Shown here in pieces: positions 1-13,078 of a stretch of 64,000 bases of DNA. Below the pieces are notes generated by a model. That model was not told where the DNA came from, searched no databases, and was given only the letters and a program-made list of their open reading frames with translations. Source of the DNA: Chiloscyllium plagiosum (lineage: Eukaryota); NCBI RefSeq assembly GCF_004010195.1, contig NC_057720.1, positions 21,911,042 through 21,975,041 of the forward strand, read 5' to 3'. Numbering within the stretch: position 1 is the stretch's first letter; each line of letters opens with the position of its first letter. The translations under genes and the position numbers were made by a program.

Positions 1-292
1 GGAGAAAGTGAGGTCTGCAGATGCTGGAGGTCAAAGTTGAAACTTTATTGCTGGAACAGCACAGCAGGTCAGGCAGCATCCAGGGAACAGGAGATTCGAC
101 GTTTCGGGCACAGGCCCTTCTTCAGGAATATCAGGAGATTCGAAGTTTCGGCCGCAGGCCCGTCTTCAGGATGAAGGGCCTGTGCCCGCAACGTCGAATC
201 TCCTGTTCCCTGGGTGCTGCCTGGCCTGCTGTGCTGTTCCAGCAATAAAGTTTCAACTTTGATCTCCAGCATCTGCAGACCTCACTTTCTCC
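1..292. mobile_element. Fold-back element built from two inverted Penelope pseudo-LTR ends (family P1)
   Basis: Arm 1-120 is the reverse complement of 173-292 with 4 mismatches. The arm matches the 3' tail of the GIY-YIG PLE at 26887-27852. Confidence 0.85.
94..129 (-). ncRNA. Minimal type I hammerhead ribozyme motif
   Basis: Minus strand reads AUUC CUGAAGA A GGGC CUGU GCCC GAAAC GUC GAAU: stem I AUUC/GAAU, stem II GGGC/GCCC, palindromic ACGU stem III, GUC cleavage triplet. Confidence 0.75.
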
Positions 293-294
293 TC

Positions 295-1002
295 ACCTCT
301 TGTTGGCCTATCTACATATTGTTTCAGGAAACCCTCCTGCACACATTGGACAAACACCGACCCATCTAAGGAACTAGAGCTATAGCTTTCCCAATCAATA
401 TCAGGAAAGTTAAAGACCCCATAACAACCACCCTATTACTTTCACTCTTCTCCTGAATCATCCTCGCAATCCTTTTTTCTACGTTTCTAGGACTATTAGG
501 AGGCCTGTAAAAAACTCCTAACAGGGTGACCTCACCTTTCCTATTCCGAACATCAGCCCAAACTACCTCAGATGGCGAGTCTTCATCCATCATCCTTTCC
601 ACCGCTGTAATACGATCTTTGACAAGCAATGCCACACCTCCCCCTCTTTTGCCCCCACCTCTAAAACATTTAAACCCTGGAACCTGCAACAGCCAATCCT
701 GTCCCTGTTCTACCCATGTCTCCGTAATAGCCACAACATCGAAGTCCCAGGTGCCAACCCACGCTGCAAGTTCACCTACCTTATTTCGTATACTTCTTGC
801 ATTGAAGTATCCACACTTCAAGCCACTTTCCTGTTTACAGGCACCCTCCTTTGAGATTGATGCCATGTTCCTAACCTCCCTACACTCAGGTCCTGCACCC
901 TAAAGCTACGGTCTAGGTTCCCATGCCCCTGCAGAGTTAGTTTAAACCCCCCCCAAGAGAACTAGCAAACCTCCTGCCAAGGATACTGGTGCCCCTCAGG
1001 TT
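295..1002 (-). mobile_element. CR1-type LINE fragment (family A): end of ORF1 and APE endonuclease start of ORF2
   Basis: ORF 366-866 has YFNARSIRNK, DVVAITETW, GGGVALLV, GVFYRPPN, VVVMG. Confidence 0.9.
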
Positions 1003-1032
1003 CAATGTCAAATATGTCAAATGTCAAATATG

Positions 1033-1315
1033 AGAAGGTTCAAGGTGTGAGCGAAAAGTTTAAAGGAGATGTGCGAGGAAATTTTTTTACACAGAGGGTG
1101 GTAGCTACCTGGAGTGCATTGTCAGGGGATCTAGTAGAAGCAGATATGACAACAATGTTTAAGAGGTATTTAGATGGACACATGAACAGGCTGGGAATAG
1201 AGTGAAATGGACCAGATGCAGGCAGTTGGGATTAGTTTATAATAGCATCATGGTTGGTGCAGACATGATGTGTTAAAGGATCTGTTCCTATGCTGTACTG
1301 GTCTATGTTTTATGC
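1033..1315 (+). mobile_element. CR1-type LINE 3' end (family A)
   Basis: FKGDVRGNFFTQRVVATW..L C-terminus plus typical 3' UTR. Confidence 0.85.
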
Positions 1316-1815
1316 AGTATGTTTTATATGATAAGGTCAGAAATGGGCAGAATTTAAGGTACGTGATCATTATTTTGTTATGGAAAATTTAAGTTCAGTC
1401 CAGTACATAATTTATGTTTTATGATGCAAATTAATGAAGTGCTTATCACAGCTTTTAGTGACTTACACGTATGACAACTTTACAAAATTTCATGTTGGAT
1501 TGTACACCTGCAAAGGCTGAACACTAGATTGGAACAATCAGCAATTGGCTGTTGCTTTGAAACACACTTATTCATAGAAGGTTATCAAATTTGAGTTTCT
1601 GATGTTTATTCTTCATATCATTAGTGATTCATTTGCATCTAAAATAACTGTCTTTAGCCCTTTGTTTAGGTGTGGGGTATCCCCTCTAACCAAGTTTATT
1701 CTTTATTGTCAAGGTCAAGGAGACAAATGACCTCAAACTTTGGTTCTGCTTGTGCAGTAACCTTCATTTCAAACCAATCGAATTAAGGTATCCTAGCTTG
1801 ATTCAGTCAATACAG

Positions 1816-2438
1816 GTTAGTGAACTCAGCTCCAGGACACCTCTGCAAGAGATGGTCAGGGTAGTGTCCTAGACCCAACCAGCTTTAGCTGCTTCATCAA
1901 TGACCTTCTCTCCATTGTAATGTCAGAAATGGGGATGTTTGCCGATGAGTGCACAGTGTTCAGCACTGTTCGTGGCAACTCAGATACTAAAGCTGTCCAT
2001 GTTCAAATGCATCAAAACCCAGACATTGTCCAGGCTTGCCTTGACAAGTGGCAAGTAATATTCACATCATGCAAATGCCGAGCTAAGAGACAATCTAACC
2101 AAAACCCCTTGACATTCAATGGTGTTACTATCACTGAATCAACATTATTGAAATCCTGTGGGCTACCATTGACCATACTCAATCCATTTGTGTGCAATGC
2201 AGCTCAACAACAGTCGAGAAGCTCGACACCATTCAGAACAAACAGCTTGCTTGATTGGCACAGCATCCGCAATCACCCACTCCCTCCACCACTAACGCTC
2301 GATAGCAGCAGTTTGTACCATCTACAAGATGCACTGCAGAAATTTACAAATTTACAAAGGGCCTTTAGACAGTACCTTCCAAACCCATAATCCCTATCAT
2401 CTAGAAAGACAAGGGGAGCAGATACATGGGAACACAGC
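1816..2438 (+). mobile_element. Second CR1-group LINE family (family B), RT and 3' region
   Basis: SEMGMFADECTVFS..., DKWQVIF; homologous to 22805-23765 and 34950-36000. Confidence 0.8.
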
Positions 2439-2442
2439 CAGC

Positions 2443-2550
2443 CAAAACATCGACTTCTCCACCTCCTGATGCTGCCTAGCTTGCTGTGTTCTTCCAGCCT
2501 TCTGCCTGTCTACTTTGGATTCTAGAAACCTTCAGTTTTTTTTGTCTCTA
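2443..2550 (+). mobile_element. PLE pseudo-LTR 3' tail fragment (P1-like)
   Basis: cctgatgctgcctagcttgctgtgttcttccagcct...gtctac matches the tail at 8063-8110. Confidence 0.6.
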
Positions 2551-2832
2551 GCCATGAACAGTCAATTAGCAACACATCTACCAATCAGCATTCTCTGTTC
2601 ATGTTTCATGTATAAATGTTGGTTGTCTCCTTGAACTTGTATTCTTGTGAAAAAATTGTAATGACTGCAAGATGAAAATGTGTCTTTTTTTCAGCAATTA
2701 AGATATTGTCATCAACCAAATGATCAAGGAGTAACTGATGGAGAATTTCATTGGGCCTCCTTGACTAATGGTGGAACCCAAAAAGAAGAAAAACAATCTA
2801 TTGAGTTGATCTATGTTGGTAAAGAGAGTTAT

Positions 2833-3095
2833 TTGGCTCAGTGGTTAGCTGCCTCACAGCTCGAGGGACCCCAGTTCAATTCCAGCCTTAGGCGACTATG
2901 TGGAGTTTGCACATTTTCCCTGTGTCTGTGTGGGTTTCCTCACACAATCTAAAGATGTGCAGGTTAGGTGGATTGGCCAAGCGACGTTACAGGGATAGGG
3001 TAAGGGGATGGGTCCAGATGCGGTGCTTTTTAGAGTGTTGGTGTGGATTCAATGGGCTGAATGGCCTGCTTCCACACTGTAGAAATTCTATGAAT
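2833..3095 (+). mobile_element. HE1-type (V-SINE) tRNA-derived SINE, degenerate
   Basis: A-box tggctcagtggttag, core tgtggagtttgcacatt, tail ggcctgcttccacactgtag; homologous to 25255-25566. Confidence 0.85.
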
Positions 3096-6000
3096 TAATT
3101 TTTATTGTCAATAGAAAGTGATCATTGACTTTATAGGAATAATGAAATGTATTCCACTCCTATAATTACTGAAGAATTTTCAGATGACGAAAATCAGCAA
3201 AATTTGTCAGACAAAGTACAAATCATTTGAGATTTACGAGGAAACTTTAAATTCGGCTGGTTATATGCCAACAGATTATGATAAAGAAATTGATCCCACA
3301 AATTGACTTTGATGCCAGATGATGAGCCAACCCAAGATTCAGGACACAATTTCAATCTTTCGTCTTTCAAGGAAAAGTTATCAGTACTAGAAACAGAGAT
3401 AATACTAAGTTAGCAGAAATCCTCTGGTACCACAACGGAGGATGTGAAAATGTTCATTTGGAAGGCATCCACAGAGGACAAATGAAGACATTCAATGTTC
3501 TGAACAAGTTGAACTAAATGACTTACAGTATTTAAACCTCAGATGTATCAGAGGTTTGACAGTAAAGATTTGCTTAAACAAAATGAAGCTGAGTTGCATG
3601 TGATTCCATGGAAGCCAGACCAATGCTTACAGTCAGACGTCGGCAAGAAGCAGAGATTACTTGGCCTGAACACCCAGAATACAGCAAGGATGAAATTATT
3701 TGGTCTTGATAGTCTTAATACTTATGTAATAATCAGCTAATATTGGTTTCATTTGGTATTATCACTCAATAAAGTGCATCTCATTGTAAGACGAGTGTGT
3801 GTTCTTGTGTAGACTCCTGAGTGGTTCATCCTCTACCATTTTGACAGAACAGGTCCTTAGATCCAGCATAGAAAGGAGGTATGTTTGAAAAAGGTTCTGA
3901 GTCAAATGCTGGTAGCACTCTAACCCCAAGTATAAGGTGTAAGTGGATGATTCTACAAACCTATGACAATTATCAGAATTGCACTAAAAACACTGAACAT
4001 AATTTGACATGTACAGCTGAATAATTTTGGTCTTTAGGGACCTTTATTTTCAGAAATCTATACTTGGAACATTGCAGCAACAATGGGATTAACACAAGTA
4101 GGGCTGGATAAATGTAACTTGCACAGAAAAACAGCTTAATAAAATAGGGCAAGCAAAGTTCTGCACAATGTGAGTAGTATTCAATCAATAAAACCAATAA
4201 CAAACAGCAGTCAGTTGTAACTGCATCTCAGCAAATGCCAAATACATTGTAAATACGTCTGATTATGCAACTCAAAGCTACAGCAATATTTCACAGGAAA
4301 GCAAACATATGGTGTCATCGAGGATAGTGTACTGAGAATAATAAAACTTAATATATTATTATAGATCTGACGATGAAGAGATGCTTTTGTGTGGAATATG
4401 CATTACCTAGCAACCACTGGGTAAAAAGACCCAGTCACAGTAACTGCTTTAAATTGTTTTTCACTGCAAGAAGCAAGCACTTCAATTAAAATCCATTAAG
4501 CAATCAATCCCTAATCATTTTGTAATTCTTTGTCCATATCTATGTACTGAAAGAAACACTTGAACAAACTTATGAAAAGACTTTTAAGTCTACCATTAGT
4601 GATGTTATACCAAGAAAGTTCGAAGCTTCATTTGGCGGAAATAGCTCAAACTTTAAATGGAATTTCCTTCCATTGATAGTAATCAGAGTGAAAACATCAA
4701 TTCTTTTTGTGCTCATTGAACTTTTCATTAAGATAAATCAATGCACAGAATTACATCCCTTTTTTTAGAAACGCAGTATTTTAATCATTTACATACATTT
4801 GTTTCAATCTATTAGGCTACCAAACAACCTAACATAATGGAAATACCTTACACTGTAGCAATGTATTAGTGTAGAAAATATAAAGGCTGGTGAATATTAT
4901 TCATGCCATCAGCCCAACATACTTGCATAATATTCTTGTCTGATATTGTAGTCAAACTACTAACTCACTTACTTTAAATTGACTAATCCATGCAGTAAAA
5001 TGAAAAGAAAGCTTTAAACTAATCTCGGCAAAATGTCATTCAGAAAGTAGAAATTTGAGAGTAATCAGATTACATTCTGACTCCTTTAAGGACAGCTATT
5101 ATACAACCGTACCAGAACTAAAAAGGTGAATTTTTAACTTAGTCTCTATTCACTAACTATGAGAGTTGCAGAAATGCTTGCAGCTCGCCAGCACACTAGC
5201 TCTCCCTTCTCACCCATCCATTCCCACAATGCACCCTGTCCTTCCAACTCTCCCTTCTCACCCCAAATTCCCACCCTCTGACCCCGCCACATATTCACTA
5301 TCTCCTCCTGACTTGAATTCTTTGAGGTCAAGTGATCTGTCATCAGGAAAGGGCTCACGTTCGTGCCCCTCTGCCCCACCTCAATGAATTCCGCACCCAC
5401 CACGACGTGGAGCTCTTCTTCCGCTGCCGCCGCCTCTGTGCCTCCTTCTTTCACGAAACCTTCCATACTCCCTCTGAGGACCCTTTCTCCTACCTCTAAA
5501 CTTCCTTCTCCACTCGGTCACCACCTGAAGGACTTGTACCTGTCCTAGAACTCTTCATTGCAGACTGCCGACATGACATTGGCCTCCTCAATTTTGCCAA
5601 ACCCTCACCCACTCCAACTTCACCCCCTTCTGATCATGCGGCACTCCACAACTATCCCCGGTTCACAATCAAACCCACTGACAAAAGCGGAGCAGTGGTA
5701 ACCTGGAGGACGGACCTCTATGTCATTGAGGCCGAACGCCAACTCTCTGACACCATGTCCTACCTCCCCCTTGCCCATGATCCCACCGCATCCCATCAGG
5801 CCAAAATCACTCACACTGTCCTTCTCCTCATCACCTCTGGTGATCTCCCCTCCACTGTCACCAAACTCATAGTCTCCTAGCCCTGCACTGCTCAGTTCTA
5901 CCTGCTTGCCAAGATTCCTAAGCCAAATTACCCTGGCCGACCCATCATCTCTGCATGCTGCTGCCCCACCAAACTCATCTTACCCTACCTCAACTCCATC

Positions 6001-7012
6001 CTCTCCCCCTTGGTTCAGGCATTCTCACCTACATCCACGACACCAACCAGACATCCATTTCTTCAGTAACTTCCAGTTTCTTGGCCCTCAGTGCTTTATC
6101 TTTACTATGGACATACAGTCCTTATACACGTCCATACCCAACAAGGATGGCCTCCAGGCCCTCTGCTTCTACCTCTCCAATAGATCCATCCATCCCCCCT
6201 CCACCAATATCCTCCTCCGCCTCGCCAAACTCGTCCTCACCCTAAATAACTTTTCCTTCAAATCAAGCACTTGTCCATTGGGCACTTGGATGGGCTCAAG
6301 CTACACCTGCCTCTTTGTTAACTACATCAAACAGTCCCTCTTCAGTACCTACACAGGCACTGTGCCCCAATTCTTCCACCATTGCATTGATGACTGCATC
6401 AGCATAGGGTCCTGCACCCACATTGAACTGGAGCAGTTCATCGACTTCACTCACAACTTCCACTTCACCCTCACATTCACTTGGTCCATCTCGGACACCT
6501 CCCTCCCCTTTCTTGACCTCTCCATTTCCATCTCCAGCAACAATCTCTCGATGGACATTTACTATAAACCCACAGATTCTCACAGCTACCTGGACTACAC
6601 CTCCTCCCACCCAGTATCCTGCAAGAACTCCATCCCGTTCTCCCAATTCCTCTGCCTCTGCTGCATCCGCTCGGATGAGGAAACATTCCATTCCTAAGCA
6701 TCTCAGATGTCCACCTATTTTGAACAATGTGTTTTTCCCTCGTCTGTCATCCAGACAGCCTTCCACCCCACCTCCTCCATTCCCTGCTCCACTACTTCAA
6801 ACCTCCTCAAAACACAATAAAGGCAAAGGCCCCCTGTCCTTACCTACCACCCAACCAGTCTCCAACGCGTTATCCTTAAACATTTCCGCCAACTCCAGTT
6901 AGACCCCACCACCAAAAACATCTTCCCCTCCTGACCCATCTCTGCCTTCTGCAAGGACCATTCCCCTCAACAGTCCTTGGTTTGTGCCACTCTCCCCACT
7001 AACCCACAGTTG

Positions 7013-7350
7013 CGGCACGTTGGCTCAGCGGTTAGTATTGCTGCCTCACAGCACCAGACACCCGGGTTCGATTCCAACTTTGGAGATTGTCCATGTGGAG
7101 TTTGCACATTCTCCCTGTGCCTGTGTGGGTTTCCTCTGGGTGCTCCGGTTTCCTCCCACAGTCCAAAGATGTACAGGTTAGGTGAATAAGCCATGCTCAA
7201 CTGTCCACAGTGTTCAGGGATGTGTAGGTTAGGTGCATTAGTAAATGAAGCATAATAGAGTAGAGGAATGTGTCAACATCGGTTACTCTTTGGAGAGTTG
7301 GTGCAGGTGTTTTGGGCCAAATGGTCTGTTTCCGCATTGTAGGGACTCTA
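7013..7350 (+). mobile_element. HE1-type SINE nested in the PLE
   Basis: tRNA head with A/B boxes (tggctcagcggttag; gggttcgattcc) and V-SINE core. Confidence 0.9.
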
Positions 7351-7701
7351 TAAAATCCTGCCTGAACCCCCAGCTTCCTTCCCCTGCAACCAGAAAAGAT
7401 GCAAAACCTGACAGCACACTACCCCTCCCTCATCTCCATCCAGGGCCCCAAACAGTCCTACCAGTGAGACAGACGTTCACCTATCTCTCTTTCAACCTAG
7501 TTTACTGCATCAGATGCTCCCGATGTGGTCTTCTCTACATCAGGGAGACCCAAACGCAAACTTAGGGTTCGCCAAGTCAGGTCCGCAGAGGCATTTCAAT
7601 TCCTCTTCCCACTCCCATTCCGACATGGGCATCCTTGGCCTCCTCCATAGCCACAATGAATCAGACCACAAATTGGGGGAACAACATCTCATCTTCCACC
7701 T

Positions 7702-7830
7702 GGAGGAGATAGTGAAGAGTGCAGATGGTGGAGATCAGAGTCAAAAAGTGTGGTGCTGGAAAAGCACAGCCGGTCAGGCAGCATCCGAGGAGCAGGAGAG
7801 TAGACATTTCATGCATAATCTTTTCACAAC
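7702..7830 (-). mobile_element. P1 pseudo-LTR fragment nested in the PLE
   Basis: Matches 1-120 (gtgctggaaaagcacagc...ggtcaggcagcatccgaggagcagg). Confidence 0.75.
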
Positions 7831-8027
7831 CTGAAGGACTCAACAATGAGTTCTCCAAATTCAAATAACCTCACTTCCCATCCCCAAGCTCCCTTCCTAG
7901 CCCCTCCCCCTCCCTTCTACCACTCTCTGCCACCAACTGACCAACCAAGTCATACCCTCTACCAGTCTTCACCTATCCCCACTTCACCACCCTGCCCTCA
8001 CCACCCCCTTTATCTGCAGCTCCTCCC

Positions 8028-8062
8028 AGCCCTGAAGAAGGGTTACACCTGAAACATCAACA
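8028..8062 (+). ncRNA. Hammerhead-like core in the PLE 3' pseudo-LTR
   Basis: CUGAAGA A GGGU UAC ACCU GAAAC AUC; stem I poorly preserved. Confidence 0.55.
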
Positions 8063-8329
8063 TGATGCTGCCTGTCTTGCTGTGTTCTTCTGGCCTCCTG
8101 CTTGTCTACCTGTGTATTTAATGACATTTTATAACAAACAGTTATGGAGTTTCATGAAATATAAGCAGTTTTTAGCACATGGATAGTCTTACGCTGCTCT
8201 AAAACATAGCTGGCTAGTTTGATCATACAATGTAAGTTATCACTTCAGGGAAGAGTGAAAGCTAGACTAGGCCTGTGGTGGGTGGTCAGAGAATCAACAA
8301 GATGGAAAAGAGTCTTGTCCTGGTCGTCA

Positions 8330-10450
8330 GCGATTTACCTGTAGCAAGTGCCTCTTGGTCAGTGTGACCACCACACAGCCCCTGTGGAGACAAAGTTCCA
8401 GCTTTGCATTTATGCTACACTCTATTGTTCTGTGCCACTATCAAATTGCTGAATGTGATAGATTTTAAATTGATCTAGCAACCCAAGTCTGTGCATTCAT
8501 GAGGCACTGTAGGCTATCAGCAACAGCAGAATTGTATTCCAACACAATCTGCAACCTTAGGGTGCAACATATCTCCCATTCGACCATTGCCAGCATGCCA
8601 GGGAATCAACCTTAGTTCAATGAAGAGTATTGGAGCAGCACCAAATATACCCAAAAATTAGATGTCAACCTGGTGAAGCTACAACACAGGACTGCTTGCA
8701 TTCCAAGCCATGTGAGCAGCAAGTGATAGGCAGTTTTATATGACCTAATTGATCATATTGAAAGCTTATACACTTAACGGTAAAGTCCTAGGGAGTGTTG
8801 CTGAACAAAGAGAGCTTGGAGTGCAGGTTCATAGCTCCTTGAAAGTGGAGTCGCAGGTAGATAGGATAGTGAAGAAGGCATTTGGTGTGCTTTCCTTTAT
8901 TGGTCAGAGTATTGAGTACANNNNNNNNNNNNNNNNNNNNNNNNNNNNNNNNNNNNNNNNNNNNNNNNNNNNNNNNNNNNNNNNNNNNNNNNNNNNNNNN
9001 NNNNNNNNNNNNNNNNNNNNNNNNNNNNNNNNNNNNNNNNNNNNNNNNNNNNNNNNNNNNNNNNNNNNNNNNNNNNNNNNNNNNNNNNNNNNNNNNNNNN
9101 NNNNNNNNNNNNNNNNNNNNNNNNNNNNNNNNNNNNNNNNNNNNNNNNNNNNNNNNNNNNNNNNNNNNNNNNNNNNNNNNNNNNNNNNNNNNNNNNNNNN
9201 NNNNNNNNNNNNNNNNNNNNNNNNNNNNNNNNNNNNNNNNNNNNNNNNNNNNNNNNNNNNNNNNNNNNNNNNNNNNNNNNNNNNNNNNNNNNNNNNNNNN
9301 NNNNNNNNNNNNNNNNNNNNNNNNNNNNNNNNNNNNNNNNNNNNNNNNNNNNNNNNNNNNNNNNNNNNGGCTGAGGGGTGACCTTATAGAGGTTTACAAA
9401 ATCATGAGGGGCATGGATAGGATAAATAGACAAAGTCTTTTCCATGGGGTCGGGGAGTCCAGAACTAGAGGGCATAGGTTTAGGGTGAGAGGGGAAAGAT
9501 ATAAAAGAGACCTAAGGGGCAACTTTTTCACGCAGAGGGTGGTACGTGTATGGAATATGCTGCCAGACGATGTGGTGGAGGCTGGTACAATTGCAATATT
9601 TAAGAGGCAATTGGATGGGTATATGAATAGGAAGGGTTTGAAGGGATATTGGCTGGATGCTGGCAAGTGGGACTAAATTGGGTTGGGATATCTGGTCGGC
9701 ATGGACAGGTTGCGCCAAAGGGTCTGTTTACATCTCTATGACTCGATGACTCTATAACTCTGCACATCTTATTGTGAATGGTAATGGACAATTAAGCAGT
9801 TCAATGGACGAGGTGGCTCCATTTATTTCCCCATCTTGAATAATGGGGAAGCCCAGCATATCAGAACAAAAGACAAGTCTGAATCATTTGCAAGCATCTT
9901 CAATTAGAAATGCCAAATGGATAATCCATTTTGACCTCGTCTTGAAATCCCCAGCATCACAAAAGCCAGACTTCATCCAATTCAATACACTCCTTATGAT
10001 AACAAATCATTGTATATTGTAAAGGCTATTGGCCCTGACATCATTCTGGCAAGAGTATTGACGATTTGAGCTCCAGAACTAGCTATGTTCCAAGCCAAGT
10101 TCTTTCAGTACAATTGCAGCACTGATATCTATCAAGGAATGCAATGGAACTCTCTCCATTTGCGTGGATCAATGCAGCTTCAACAGCACTCAAGAAACTC
10201 AACACTGTCCAAAACAAAGCATCTATTTGATTTGCACCCATTCTACATTCAGTCTCTCCACCACTGAAACACAATAGCAGCATTGTGTAGCATCTCTGCA
10301 ATCACTCATCAAAATTTATTAGACAGCACCTTCCAAAAACACAATCTCTATCACCTAGAAGGACAAAGGCAGCAGATACATTGGACAATCAGTACCTACA
10401 AGTTTCCCTCCAAGCCACACATCATCCTGACTTGGAACTATATTGTTGTT
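8330..10450 (+). mobile_element. LINE family B, degraded, interrupted by a family A CR1
   Basis: The 3' part (10130-10450) matches 2180-2438. Degraded LINE-like coding sequence continues on both sides of 8762-9757. Confidence 0.65.
8762..9757 (+). mobile_element. CR1-type LINE 3' portion (family A), spanning N-gap 8921-9368
   Basis: LGVQVHSSLKVESQVDRIVKKAFG; LRGDLIEVYKIMRG; RGNFFTQRVV; tatgactc-type tail. Confidence 0.92.
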
Positions 10451-10582
10451 TACCCTTGCTTTCCATTCTCTGGGCAGGGTGATGTGGCAAATTTACCTCA
10501 GCTGATGTGAGAATCAAACTTGAGCTGAACACACTCACCACCGAGCTATCTGAGCTGACCAGTTTCCTATTAAAGCAACTTA

Positions 10583-11350
10583 TTGCAGATGTTGGAAATT
10601 TGAAATGAAAACAGAAAGTGCTGGAGAAATTTAGCAACATCTGTGGAGAGAGAAACCAAGTTAGTGTTTTTAGTCTTCACTGGTTCAAAGAAATCCTGTA
10701 TAGGATATTGGTTAGGCCACTTTTGGAATATTGTGTGCAATTCTGGTCTCCCTCCATTGGAGGGATGTTGTAAAACCTGAAAGGGTTCAGAAAAGATTTA
10801 CAACGATGTTGTCAGGGTTGGAGGGTTTGAGCTATGGGGAGAGGCTGAGGCGCTGAATAGGTTGGGGCTGTTGGAGCATCGGAGGCTGAGGGGTGACCTT
10901 ATAGATGCTTATAAAATCATGAGGGACATAGATAGGGCATGGATAGGTAAATAGACAAAGTCTTTTCCTTGGGGTGAGGCAGTCCAAAATTAGACGGAAT
11001 AGATTAGGTCGAGAGGGGAAAAATTTAACAGGAAACTAAGGGCAAATGTTTTCATGCAGAGGGTGGTGCGGATATGGAATAAGCTGCCAGAGGAAGTGGT
11101 GGAGGCTGGTACAATTACAGCATTTAAAAAGCATGTGGATGGGTATATGAATAGGAAGGGTTTAGAGGGATATGGGCCAAGTGCCAGCAAATGGGACTAA
11201 ATTAGGTTAGGACATCTGGTTGGCATGGACAAAATGGAATGAAGGATCTGTTTCAGTGCTGTACATCTCTGATTCTAAGTCAAAACACTAACTCTGTTTT
11301 CCTCTCCACAGATTCAGCTGATTTTCTTCCATAATCTCTGTTTTTATTTA
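10583..11350. mobile_element. Fold-back PLE-derived element (family P4) split by a CR1 insertion
   Basis: 10610-10670 (acagaaagtgctggagaaat...tctgtggagagagaaaccaagttagtgtttt) is inverted relative to 11281-11345 (aaaacactaactctgttttcctctccacaga...). Confidence 0.6.
10693..11278 (+). mobile_element. CR1-type LINE 3' portion (family A)
   Basis: Homologous to 9369-9757 and 17240-17995. Confidence 0.88.
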
Positions 11351-13048
11351 ACCAGCATCCTAAATCAGATATGAGTTATTTATTTACAGTAGGTATCCTT
11401 CCACTTTAGATTTAGCTTGCATATTTTATTTGAGTGGATAAAATGCTGTACATACTCAAATAAAAGTTCATCTCATATAAAAGTTGACCTCCTACTTTCA
11501 GACAAAAAAAAATCTGGAATTTTCCATAAATCTTATGTAAAAGTCAACTCTAGTTCTTCACAAATAATACATCAACATTTGTGAGTCAAGGTATTATTCT
11601 GTACATAAATGTTACGATGAGGAAATGAATCTTTTTTTCATACTATTGTATATTTTGATGTACAATTTGCATCAATTTGGCGCAAACATTTAAGACACAT
11701 CAGAGTCAGGTGGCAACTCAGTCCTTTGGCAGAGAACTAAAATTCACAAAGCTGCCTGCTGAACTAGAAGATGAGATATTACAGTTTCACTAGCTTGTAA
11801 TCATAAATAAGCAAAAGGAAGGTTACAAGTTATCATGCATTTTTGTTTCTATATTCTTTATTGAGTAATTACTATAATTCATTATATTGTTTTCTTTATT
11901 CGTTGAGAGATCAATTGGGCTTCTGCTAATGATATGCTGTTTTGGACTGGAGCATAAATTTCAGCCCTTCAAAAGTAGTATCCATGTAATAGTTGACCCC
12001 ATAAGCCTGCTTTGAAAAATAGTCTAAAAAAATTTGACCTTTACGTGAGTAGGTACGAATATACAAATATTCCAACTATAGGAGTGAAGATAATGAAAAG
12101 TCAAATTTGATAGATTGTAAAATTTATGGGAGCTGTTAGGGTGGACACTTGCGTTGTTGCATTCCCATGAACTTGAGTGAATTTGGTTAAACTGAGCCTT
12201 TGTGTAATTTAAGTTTTTTCTCTGTTCCTTTCCCGTGACAACTTAGTGATATCCATCTTTCTTCTGTTTCCTTAAGGATCTGTATGTGTAACCAGTTGGA
12301 TAAAAATATTTTCATGGTGGTTTAAACTTAACATCATGTAAATAAAATATAAAAGAAAGATGTTTTCTTTTATTCACTTGAGTTTGATTTCATATTAAGA
12401 CATCATTCAGAAATGATTGTAATGTTATATTTCTATCTATTGCACTAAATTCCACACATTGTGGAGTATATTTCTGAGTCTATATTTGATTTGCTTCAAT
12501 TTGCGTTTAGATCACATCTTTTTCATTTCTTTACTCAGAACCTGAATAGCTGAGAGAAATGCATAATTTAAAGCAGGTTTTAGCAACTGGAGTTTCTAGT
12601 TTGAACACAGCATCATGGACCTGGAGATATTAATGTATCATTGACCTTTTTTGTAGTTAATCAGGATATTGTTGTAACACCATAAAGGCAGTGTGTGCAT
12701 TCACATTCCTATACTGATATGTCATCCAATAATATTGTTCTTCATTACAACAATGTAAGAATATGAGAAAAAAATCATGCTGGGAAATGCTTTTGGACCA
12801 CTGATTCTGAAGCAGAATGCACTTCCAATGTTTTAAAGCTTTCAGAATTAAATGTTTCAAATGCTTTTCTTTTTGACCCCCTATGTTAACTGCACTTGCA
12901 AATTGGTTTTTAATCAGCTTTAATAAAACTAAGGAAATATTCTATTTTATAAGGGACAGGAGATGGATTAAACCCAAATGCTGGGGGATATGAAAACTGA
13001 AAAGAAAATTGTAATCCAGTTAACTTTCACAAAGATTATATTTCGCAG

Positions 13049-13078
13049 GCTTCCAAAAGAGAAGCAAAAGACAGTCAG
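13049..13078 (+). CDS. Candidate 30-nt internal exon of an unidentified host gene
   Basis: tatatttcgcAG|GCTTCCAAAAGAGAAGCAAAAGACAGTCAG|GTaaat; branch-like ttaac about 25 nt upstream; length a multiple of 3; all frames open; purine-rich; lies in a repeat-poor tract. Confidence 0.4.

Larger units (their letters stand above)
5190..8110 (+). mobile_element. Penelope-like element, degraded RT plus GIY-YIG endonuclease, with nested insertions
   Basis: IKPTDKSGAVV, LYVIEAERQLSD, FTMDIQSLYTSIP, DIYYKPTDSHSYLDYTSSHP, then NLVYCIRCSRCGLLYI; several stops and frameshifts; ends in a pseudo-LTR with a hammerhead core. Confidence 0.9.

Noticed and set aside
21..272. Near-identical ORFs on opposite strands
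   Set aside because: A consequence of the inverted repeat, not a gene pair.
5190..8110. Active PLE or telomerase-like host gene
   Set aside because: Multiple stops and frameshifts, a degenerate catalytic motif region (CIDD) and nested insertions.
12277..12281. 5-nt microexon (AG|GATCT|GTATGT)
   Set aside because: Good pyrimidine tract but weak donor context and frame-shifting; easily arises by chance.
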